Shown here: piece after piece, positions 22,239 to 32,116 of the stretch
How the letters are laid out: the number at the start of each line of letters is the position of its first letter
How positions within the stretch are numbered: position 1 is the first letter of the stretch
Source of the DNA: Sphaeroforma arctica JP610
Taxonomy: Eukaryota
Reading direction: 5' to 3'
DNA: 32,116 nt
Assembly: GCF_001186125.1 (NCBI RefSeq)
Contig: NW_014040057.1
Location: 1 to 32,116, forward strand
Notes under the pieces: model-generated
The model's input: the letters and a program-made list of their open reading frames with translations, nothing else
Told to the model about the DNA's origin: nothing
The model's database searches: none
Translations under genes and position numbers: made by a program

Positions 22239-24227
22239 GGTGCTGTTTGTCAGCTCGTTCGGTGGGACACTGGCCGTCAACTTTGGTTTGGTTCCATCTG
22301 GATATATCTTCCTCAGATGGGATGATATCTATTCAAATTTCCAGGTATGCTTAGTGATGTCCGGATTGAACCTTGAGCAACGAACTTTTATCACGCACCT
22401 CTGGTTTGAAAATTTTTTGTTCATAGAGTTATTCCAGGAACATTTTCTGGTTCTGAAACTCGATTCGACAACCCTGGTACTATTCGACGAGTGCTGGATA
22501 CTAGGATAGTTGTCACATATACATGTCTTGCCACCCAGTTGCAGTGGATCTCTAAACTATATAATTTAAACTTGTTATTGTTCTGAATCGTCGTTGTAGG
22601 TTCCCCTGTATATCGTGTGTATCGAACATATCGAACATTTATAGCCCAGAAGCATGCATTATTTGAGTTTGTACGTGTCGGATACGAACCCTGTCCTCGA
22701 TGTATTGGGCAAGACCACTAACGTATTGCGCTTACAATTGTTCTTCCACCTCAGATTTGGCGATTCTTCACGCCGTTCCTCTTCTATGGTAAGCTGGGAT
22801 TCAATTTTATAGTACATATGATATTTTTATATCAGTACTCGAAACTTCTAGAGACGGAGACGTACGAAGGAAAACCTGCGGACTATCTTTGGTTGCTGAT
22901 TGTGAATTCCTCTCTACTCATTGTATGTGCGAGCAAGCTTGTGTTCGGCCCATTCTACTCGAATGTTTATCTCGACTTAATAATACTCCACCTGTATTGT
23001 TGTCATTTGATTGCTATTAATATCCTGAGACGGGCGCGCCTTGAGTGGCAACCTACCTTGCACATCGACTATACATTAGTAATAAAGTCTCAGAAAGTAG
23101 CTCATAGCACATGCAGTTTTGCAGATTGTTTAGAGTGCCTGGCAGTCTTATACATGCCATACCTTCAATGTAGACCTCAGGGAACATATACAGTACTGCG
23201 AGGGATTGTGGATGAGCTTGCTCAGTGTTCACATGCTGTAGGGAGTGTATGTGCTGTTGCGTCCATGCTCAGGATTGAATTGTACTGTATGGCGCAGCCT
23301 AAGATCTACAAGCGTAGCGATAGCATGTTCGTAGTTTGCACGCGCACTCTATTTGATCGTTGAATGTCATCAATTACAGTCTCTTGCACCTCTTCTTCTT
23401 ATCAAGACTTGACATTTATGTACTCGTAGTAGACCATGGACAACTAAATCAATATTTTGGCTGTTTGACGACGTTCTGCAATACACCTTTCTGTCTCGTT
23501 TCAAGTGCTGAGTACCTCATTCTGTTTACCACAGTTCACCACTTTTCTTCTCCCATTTTTTATATAATTGTTAAGAAATAGCGGTCAATTTAGTTCATTA
23601 TGTATGAAACATGTTTGAATAGTTGGCTAATCGCGCATCTCGTCCCTATTTCAGATTTTTGGATTTCTGTGGCCGCTGCGTGTCCTGTCCATCTCTCTGC
23701 TGCTGTCATTGGTCTATGTTTGGTGTCAACTCAACAAGGACACGGTGGTCAGCTTCTTCTTTGGTCTTCGATTCAAGGTTAGTGCTTCGTTTAAGATAAG
23801 AAACCTTCGTCTGGTGTGTTGTGTTTCCTGGTTTCGTGCTCTACCGTCTCCTTATATCTAATTTGCTTGCTCTGTATTCCACTCACATAACTGCTGCGTA
23901 CACAACATCCAATTGTAATACTTTATTGGATTTCCCGTGCACACTAAGCGTTCGCACTAAATCTCTGATCGGCAAACCACCGCTGATGGTCGTACATTCC
24001 AATCATAAAACAACAGGCTCAGTATTTCCCGTGGGTACTGATGGGCTTTAACATCCTGATGGGTGGATATCCTCTGCTGGAATTCATTGGTGTGATGATC
24101 GGGCACAGTTTCTGGTTCATTACGTACTACTTCCCAGAGAATAATGGTTGGAGTCCGCTACCTACACCCGAATTTCTGTATGTTGTTCTACAATAATGTT
24201 TCACTCCGCGTGGCTTATTTTCGGTAT

Positions 24228-24260
<33 letters not shown>

Positions 24261-25633
24261 CTATATATATGTGTGTGTGTATGTAAACATTCATTCCCAA
24301 TTGAGTGGGATGGTCGGGATAGTGCCCCCGTTCAATTTTTATAAAGTGCTCTCGAGTATAACGGGAGCTTCATAAGCCGTGTTCCAATTGTGTGTTCAAT
24401 TGTTTGGCAGAGCTTAATACATAGTGATTTTGGCCATTCAAACCTATATTAATCCAGTTTGCCGTCGTTTACGCTATAAAATTGTATTGATGTCGAGGTG
24501 TGAGAGCTGAGTGAATGTTATGTGTATCGTATGCTTGCGTAATCGCTTGACTACTCATGCACCCATCGAACTGCCAATACTTGAATGACATGCACCCAAA
24601 AAGGGGAAAAAGTGAAAATGAGGAATTCAACTGTCACCGTCAGCGTGGCGGATCAGAATGAAAAGGGACTAGTCAAACACATACTTGTCTACATCTCGGC
24701 ATGGGCCGGTTTCATCACCCAATACAACCTATTTAATGTGCACACACAGTGTTATTAACAGAACTACTACCCTTCAATACAATATGTTTCCTTAAAACTG
24801 ACTGGTACCAGTTTGTACCTGTCTTCGCACATACATCGGCTGCAGTACCTGCATCGCGGAACCTCTTGACTTACACTGTACAGCACGCATATATTTTCTA
24901 TCTGCTCTGTGGCACCTCACCTCCATTTCATATCTAGCTGCGGTCTCGCAATCGGGTGTTTAGTACTCATATTTAGTTGCTTACGACTGGGTCTGATCAA
25001 CCAACCTCACCGTGTCCCGTCAATTCGCCAATTGTAAATGCTACTGCTCATGATCATCCACAGGATGTACAGTACTCAAGTAAACCTGGTTTACATATCA
25101 TTCTCTCTGGGGAAAAAGTATTCAAGATTACTAATATCGCTTCCGTGCACATGCACGAATAGGCGTGAATATTTCCCAGACAGGCGTCTGATATCTGGCA
25201 CACACGGGGCGCCAGTGGACCGTGGAGCTACATTCGAACAAAGAGCCGCCGCGGGCAATGTGCGGCAGGTATGTGGTTGAGTTTTGTGTCGGGCCAAAGG
25301 TGTCGGCTAAGTCTTAAGTTGTGTATTTGCGTTAGCATATGTATTATCGTTCTATATCTAAGCTTGATCTACAGTTTACATCACTATCGTTACACTACAT
25401 CGAATTTGGACTGCCAAGTCATTCGCGCAGGTCAGCGCGCGGGCTTCTCTATATATGATCGCTTGATGCTTTTCTCTGAAAGATGTGCCTTGATAATGTA
25501 GTCCAGAACGTTCTTACCTGCAGTTTCTGACGTTCTTTGTCAGATTGGTTATGTGCATGCGTTCACTAATTTTTCCCTTCCAATTCGACAGAGAGGATAC
25601 GACTGGGGTGCTGGACAAGCGCTAGGCAACTAA
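22239..25633 (+). CDS. DERL1: Derlin (Derlin-1-like ERAD membrane protein), 5'-incomplete; exons 22239-22344, 22755-22922, 23655-23777, 24017-24177, 25163-25268, 25592-25633
   Basis: GT-AG introns join in consistent phase to give ...IYSNFQIWRFFTPFLFYG...FLYQYSKLLE...PADYLWLL...LVYVWCQLN...FFFGLRFKAQYFPWVL...GVMIGH...PTPEFL...RGYDWGAGQALGN*. This includes the WR motif, GxxxG and a C-terminal SHP box. Confidence 0.93.
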
Positions 25634-26086
25634 ATACATTAAATACATATCATGATGAAAGCAGATGAAGGAGCGTGAGCGTTTCAGAAGAGTGTCTCTG
25701 CCACAAACCGGGCGAAAGGCGACTCGACGATCGCTCACCTGAGGGCCGTGCAATTGTGGTACAACTATGTCTATCACTTGCAAAGTATATCGATATTGTA
25801 AATAAAAATCAGCAAGTGGGTCGAGTGATGCAGTTGACTGTCTCGGTATGCTGCAAATACACCAGTGACTGTGGGAGTATTGGATTTGCGGACAGCTCCT
25901 ACGGTTCGCTTATCATCTATAATCCACCGGGGCTTCTGACCAACTCGGGATAAAAATAAATGCAAAACGGACTATGTCCAAACTACGTATGCACATCCAT
26001 ATACAGACAATTTTTGAGGTTTATTGGGTAGCTTTAAACAAGTTTATGAGGTTGTTGAGCAGCTTTAATGCTCTACAAGACTATTG

Positions 26087-26894
26087 TCAAAATACCATTT
26101 CCATAGTATTGAGGTCCGTGTAGTTGAACTTGTTCCCTTGTTCTGACTGCAACGGCGCAAACATCATAGATGTTAGTGCGCGCGGTGACCGTGGGCTGGA
26201 CGGGGTTGGGCGACCCAATCGAGGACAGTATGAGCTGTCTGAGTTTATCCTAACGAAGGGGCTATCAAGCTCGCCGGTGGGTGATAGTTTATGTATGAAG
26301 TTCCGACTTTTGTTCGACGGCAAGAGGTCGCTTTGCTGTCGGCAGCCGATGCCTCCGGCTTGTGTTGATTTCGTTTGCTGTATCTCTAGATGTGTTCACT
26401 GACGTAGCCATTTTGTCTGTACCACGCGCAGCCAGATTCTCCTTACCACAACAAGTAATATACCTATTTTGGCTGTGACTATCTGTATGTTGTTGTTGAG
26501 AATCTATCCGTTGCTCTGATAAATCTATCCGTCGTCCGCTTATGTCAGTTCGTTGTCCACCCGTCGATTCCGCCTGATCTTGTTGCTCTGTACGCGTCCC
26601 CACCGGTGTGGAATGCTGAAATTGTAAGTCCGCATCTTTATCTGATGTTTGTTGGCTGCGTTTATTTCCAAAGTATAAGTCGATCGTGAAATCTTCAAGC
26701 GCTATGATATTCTGTCTGCGAATAGCCTGTGTTGGGTCTGAATTTTGTTTTACAAGTCTGCTTGAACCTATGGAATTTGGTAATCTGGCTTTAGTCAATT
26801 TAGGAGGTGGTGCATTGGTATACATTTTATGCATCGCAAAGGCCATAATTCTAATTCTGATGCGAATACCGATGCAAAATTGCCTAAAATACAA
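26087..26894 (-). CDS. Hypothetical low-complexity protein (two overlapping ORFs, possibly spliced or frameshifted)
   Basis: 201-aa and 78-aa minus-strand ORFs with S/T/Q/R-rich composition in a more GC-rich patch; no recognisable domain. Confidence 0.35.
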
Positions 26895-27766
26895 ATAAGA
26901 AAGAAGATGGCTTCTGTTTCACTTAAATAGGTCTAGAAAGAAATTTGTGTACATGAAAGTACTGTATGTAACTGCATGAACCTTGTCATTCCTATTAATT
27001 TCTACATAATGATCTCAGCATTCCAACTCTCAACTGCAGTTTAGCATCCCGTACATAGGCTTTACTTCAACTAATATATACAATATTATTCTTATATTAC
27101 ATTACGAATGTGACTCGCTAGAGCACATCTGTACAGAAGACGATAGAACTTATCCTTTAAACCCCCTTTAAAGAGGTCCTCAAGGCTCAAGGTTCAAGTT
27201 TCTTAGAGGCCGAGTCGCCGAGGCCCGAGAGTGGGAAACTGGGGAAACCGGAACCCGGCATCTCTCGAGTAGAGGTCCAGGAGTCCAGTCACTTGAGAGA
27301 TCTCGACGATAGTTCTATAGTAGGCAATCGTTTTTAATCACCAGTTCTATTTACGGACATCACATCAGAATGCCCAAACCTCAAATGTCCTCAATCCGCT
27401 ATTACCTTTTAGAAAAAACCCAATAATTAAAAAAGGAGTCCAATAATTGAACGTTTTTAATACGCTTATTTACTTGATTTACAAACTTTAGCAACGTATA
27501 CGCAACAAAAGACGTGAAAAAACCTATTTACCTATTATTCAAATTAAATGGTCACCGTATCAATGATCTTCGAACATTTTAAACCTCAGAGCTCCGAATA
27601 TGCACCCGTAGAGCGAGCACCATAGGGCCAACCGACTTAAACATAACACGAATTCAAAGTTTACACCATGGCCTTCTGTAAAATTTAGGTTATGAAAAAA
27701 ACGTATTGCGGACCTGAAGCATTTGTGATTTTTTTTTAAATATGACTGAAATTTGAGGCAAAAAAA

Positions 27767-28057
27767 TGTAGCCTTCTTCTGAAATCAAACACGAAATACA
27801 TTCTTTTCTTTTATACTGCTACATATTTACTTTTTTTTAAAAGATAAATTCTTGTTTTATTTTAGTAGGCTACATACATATGTATTTTGGTATAAGATTT
27901 TTTTTATGATTTTTTTTATAAAAACCCCAAACCAATAGTGGTTTTTTTAAATTGAGAGTGTTATGATTTATTTTTTAAAAACCCAATATATTTATGAAGT
28001 CATGAACCAGTTCATATAAAAAATTCATTCCAAAAATGTCATTTGAAGAAGGCTATA
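27767..28057. repeat. AT-rich segment bounded by a 13-bp inverted repeat (MITE-like)
   Basis: tgtagccttcttc at 27767-27779 versus gaagaaggctata at 28045-28057 (12/13 match). Confidence 0.35.
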
Positions 28058-29065
28058 AAAAAACTCTTTGTGAGTCATCATATGTTTTTAAAAGTGATTT
28101 TTTTTAATTATGATATATTATTACCTTTTTGCTTTTTTATATCGTCTTATATATAAATATAAATAGCTTTTTTATTTGATCCTGTCGTTTTTGCAATGTA
28201 AAATTTCAGTGGTGGGTAGATAGGTTCTCGAGAAAAACTTGAATTTAAAAACAACCAAGTTGAGATTTGCTACAAGAATACGTATAGAATGCGTTTCAAA
28301 CTTTTAATGTTGAAAGGAATTGACTCCTACTTCCAGGAGAGTTTTAGGATTTAGGGTTTAATTATTATAATAAACATTTGTGTTGTAAACTATAATTATG
28401 GAAAATTGGTGTACGTTGTAAATACATCTAAGAATAGAAGCTGTAAGTTGTAAATTTAAAACAATTGGCATATGTTGTATATTACACTCGGTAAAATAAA
28501 ACATTTCTAAATATATCAATGATCATGAAAGTCGCAATATAATTTTTAAACCTGTGCTCATAAAACCAAAACCCGGGGGCAAACTGACAAACAAAAGCAA
28601 ACCTTTTTAAATAAGCCTAAAAGTATAAAGAATAAAAAAACTTACCCAATTGCAAACGCCGATCGCAGAACGAACTGACATGATGTAAATCTCACATACA
28701 TGATACAGGGACTTAACGGTCAACTGTGTCATAGTGCGACGCAAGCTTATACGGAATAGCAATAAGCCCAAGCTGACTGCACATTCGCGAACACTGCTGT
28801 ACACCAATTTAAAGATATCATATTCTACTTTATAACTTAAATGACGATCAGAATAATCTTGCCTTAAAGCTGTGGGTGATACAGCAACCTGCGCGCATTG
28901 CGCGGACGTGCAATCCACTGCAGAGCACGAATAGTAGCGGTACATACTGCAAATCATAAAATCTCTGGTGACATCTTATATATTGGGTTTGGACAATAGG
29001 ATCCGTTGAATAGTGCTAATTACCGTCCTTTTTGGAGCTACACTGCATTATAAAAACATAGCACC

Positions 29066-30541
29066 ATGGTGGACGATACGTCACTAAAGTCCACATCAGA
29101 CCGGACAGGGTCCGTATCTACATTCTTGCAGAAGGTGTTGGCGATGGTGGAAGAGTCCGAAAGCAGCAACTTGGTAGCCTGGACTCCTAACGGAGAAAGC
29201 TTCCGGGTTTACGACCCCGTCCCATTTGCTAAAGAAGTGCTTCCGCGGTTTTTTAAACACTGTAACTTCTCCAGTTTTGTGAGGCAGTTAAATATGTATG
29301 ATTTCCACAAAGTCATGGATGTTCAGCAGGGGGCACTGTCGGCAGCCAGGTCAAAGGAGTGGGAGTTCATTCACCCAAATTTTAAACGCGGGCAGGCCCA
29401 ACTGCTAGCCTTGGTGAAGCGCAAAGCAGGGTCCACAGAGGGTACCAAACCCAAGGGCGAGAACTTGAAAAGGGTTATGAGTGAGGTGCAAGCAATGCAG
29501 GAACAGCAGGCCGTCGTGGCACAAAAGTTGGAGCACCTGGACACCGACAACCGCATCATGTGGAATGAGATGGTGAAGCTTAAGAGCAGACACCAGCAAC
29601 AGCAACAAACTATCAATAGAATCTTGTATTTCTTGAGCTCTATATATTCGTCGGACAATCTGCCGAATCAGCTGAGAGACACGGACGATGTACTGCAACT
29701 GCAAGGCCAGGGACAGAACAACGGGCCTGGAGGGCAGTCGAACACATCGTCGTTATTACAGAACACCCCTTCCTTCAGCAATGCGCGTGGTAATCCAATG
29801 CAGCCGCCGTCCAGCTACAACAATCTGGCGGAGCAGCTTATGGAGTACACCAATGTAAGTAACAACGGGGGTGGGGGTATGATGAACGCATTAGGAAATA
29901 GCCCTGCACTCGCTGGAGGGGGTAATGGTGGTGTGGGCAATAGGTCGAACTCGGGTTTGGGCAACAACGTTATTAACAATACCGGTCTGGGTTCAAACAT
30001 CCCTATGGGTGGCAACAATTCGGGGGCGGGGGGTAATAACACCTCGATGATGTCCGGTAATAATGCAATGAACGTCAATAATCCAGGGTTAAGCAACAAT
30101 AACGGTAACATGGCTGCGGTGATGAGGTCAGGGAATGGTATAGGGGTAAATAACTTGGGTAGTAACCAGGGTATGGGGGGGAACAATTTCTCGGGCTTGC
30201 AAAATGACAACGTGAACTACTTGAATAACCGCAGTTCAATCAATAACTCATCGTCTCAGAATAACCTGGGCAATTCTAATTCTAATAACCTAGGATCACG
30301 CGCAAACGGTGCGAGACTGTCGGTGGGCGGCGGTTCGGGTATGGGCAATGACTCTAAGATGAATTTAGCGCAACACAATTCGAATATGGGCCAAAACAAT
30401 GCAGGATTGAACGGATCGAATACACCGTATGGTATGGGAGGAAATAATAATAACATGCCGTACAATACAGCCTCCCCGAATTTGCCCTATACCGACTTCC
30501 AACTGGCGAATATGGGAATGGGGGATGGCCAACAGAACTGA
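29066..30541 (+). CDS. HSF: Heat-shock transcription factor (HSF DNA-binding domain, HR-A/B coiled coil, Asn/Gly-rich C-terminus), 491 aa, intronless
   Basis: FLQKV...W..NGESF...FAKEVLPRFFKHCNFSSFVRQLNMYDFHKV...WEFIHPNFKRG...VKRK; heptad region ending LKSRHQQQQQTINRILYFL; strong Kozak context gcaccATGG. Confidence 0.97.
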   Translation: MVDDTSLKSTSDRTGSVSTFLQKVLAMVEESESSNLVAWTPNGESFRVYDPVPFAKEVLPRFFKHCNFSSFVRQLNMYDFHKVMDVQQGALSAARSKEWEFIHPNFKRGQAQLLALVKRKAGSTEGTKPKGENLKRVMSEVQAMQEQQAVVAQKLEHLDTDNRIMWNEMVKLKSRHQQQQQTINRILYFLSSIYSSDNLPNQLRDTDDVLQLQGQGQNNGPGGQSNTSSLLQNTPSFSNARGNPMQPPSSYNNLAEQLMEYTNVSNNGGGGMMNALGNSPALAGGGNGGVGNRSNSGLGNNVINNTGLGSNIPMGGNNSGAGGNNTSMMSGNNAMNVNNPGLSNNNGNMAAVMRSGNGIGVNNLGSNQGMGGNNFSGLQNDNVNYLNNRSSINNSSSQNNLGNSNSNNLGSRANGARLSVGGGSGMGNDSKMNLAQHNSNMGQNNAGLNGSNTPYGMGGNNNNMPYNTASPNLPYTDFQLANMGMGDGQQN

Positions 30542-31995
30542 TAAGGCAGTTACCTTCCATATTTCCACGGAAATATATTCATATCTACTATCCAATCCGA
30601 TTAGTATGGCTTTTGCTTACCACGCCAGCGTGTAAAGGCGTACTCGGATAACTCTACAATACTGGTTATCACTACAACTGTGTGTGTGTGGTATAAAGAT
30701 GATTGGACTTGTTTACGTAACGTCTTAAAAAGTCACTTTGATGCATTGACACCAGGTCTTTACAACTACAGACATACGCACGCCGAGTATTTGGTTGGTC
30801 CAGGCCGGATATTTATAGTTGATGATCTAATTATGTACGGAGTAACTGAGTATGCTACAGCCGACATTATATATGCTGAAGTTCACTTAATTTGGTGATC
30901 GGACAGCTAGCGTGGCGGTGATACGGGCAATGGGGTTGGCATACAGTAGGAAAGAACGGTTGCGGATTATTGAGGCTGTTTAATACAAGTCTGCACGAAG
31001 CGCGCCAGTTTTGCATTGTTTTTTCATAGATGCAGGCTTGTGCAAAAACCCTGGTCTCTGTACCCTCGACAATAATGCGCATGAATAAGATAATTGTCAC
31101 GGAAATATGGGAAGTTGACATGATTTGTAGCAGAATACTGTCTGGCCTGAAGCACAAGGCCGGAATCTAGGGTACTACTATTTGAGGATCGAAGTAGACG
31201 GCCTATAGATTCTTGGATGACGTTGATGTCTATGATAAGCAGCAATACGTGTATTTACTATTCTAATTTAAGCAGGCTTGCCATGCCACGAGTAGTCAAG
31301 ATTGTAATTTCATGTCAGAAATGGATGGGTTAATGAGAAACACTGTGCGGTTTGAGCTTATACGAATTCTTTCTTCGAAGACACCGAGCCATGAACTTAG
31401 GAAGAGTTCGAATTAGACAGTATGCGTTCAAATGCACAAGGCGCTTGCTTTTGCGTTCTAATGCGCATGACGCTCTCTCTTGGCTTTACGCTGGACCAGT
31501 GATTCTTGGATCCGTTCATCTATATAAAGTAACTAAGCTAGATTTTGGCGTTGTAAATTGTAAGGTTTAGCTTGTGGAAATTATAAATATATATATATAT
31601 ATAAACGACGACTATGACCGCAAATTGAACTCAATAGTCATAACGTACACACGTCGTATTGTATTTGGTTTGGAATATTTAGGTAATGTAGTGTGTACGA
31701 TTCATAAGCTGCAATTGAACACACTTTTGTAACCTTGAAAGTCCTTATAAAACTCCGCACTGTGAAACTGTTATTTAAATGTCAGGTTCGACGAGGGTAG
31801 CTAACATGAATACTTGTATTTCTAAGCCAGCTACAATGCTTTAGAATTGAAAACTGGAGGTTGTTAAGTATTATCCGCCTTTTCAATCTCCGAACATTAT
31901 CCGAGGCTTAATATCCCCAATGCGTATCAGTTAAATAGGCAAAGGCGAATTCAACAGAAACAGGCCGATGCACTACCGTTTGAGTGGTCTGTCAG

Positions 31996-31997
<2 letters not shown>

Positions 31998-32033
<36 letters not shown>

Positions 32034-32034
32034 G

Positions 32035-32116
<82 letters not shown>
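31998..32116. repeat. (TA)n-(TG)n microsatellite
   Basis: Directly visible. Confidence 0.95.

Noticed and set aside
22818..23363. 181-aa ORF as a standalone protein
   Set aside because: Only the first 35 codons belong to a Derlin exon; the rest is read-through into the intron after the GT at 22923.
28220..29060. Heat-shock elements or a TATA box for HSF autoregulation
   Set aside because: Only degenerate two-unit matches (e.g. gTTCtcGAGa) were found, and TATAAAA at about 29049 is too close to the ATG to be a credible TATA box.
29371..30595. Minus-strand ORFs overlapping HSF
   Set aside because: Shadow frames of a low-complexity coding sequence.

Overview
Eukaryotic genomic DNA, judged from spliceosomal introns and TA/TG microsatellites; it contains two 20-N assembly gaps. 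The animal-like HSF and the divergent transposons would fit a unicellular holozoan such as an ichthyosporean, but this is inference only. About 3.5-21 kb is a nest of decayed transposons: five Ty3/Gypsy pieces and a Helitron Rep/PIF1 remnant. One Gypsy copy is structurally complete (5743-12956, two LTRs, G9 PPT, TTAG target-site duplication). The right third holds host genes: a multi-exon Derlin-1-like gene (six exons recovered, first exon not found), a hypothetical minus-strand ORF and an intronless heat-shock factor with an Asn/Gly-rich tail. Main finding: two clearly diverged, integrase-encoding Ty3/Gypsy elements each carry a phage-Dam-like DNA N6-adenine methyltransferase domain in frame in Pol, between RNase H and integrase. 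One of them also ends in a chromodomain (RT-RH-MTase-IN-chromo). Such an MTase after RNase H is established for DIRS tyrosine-recombinase retroelements but is not part of the standard Gypsy architecture.
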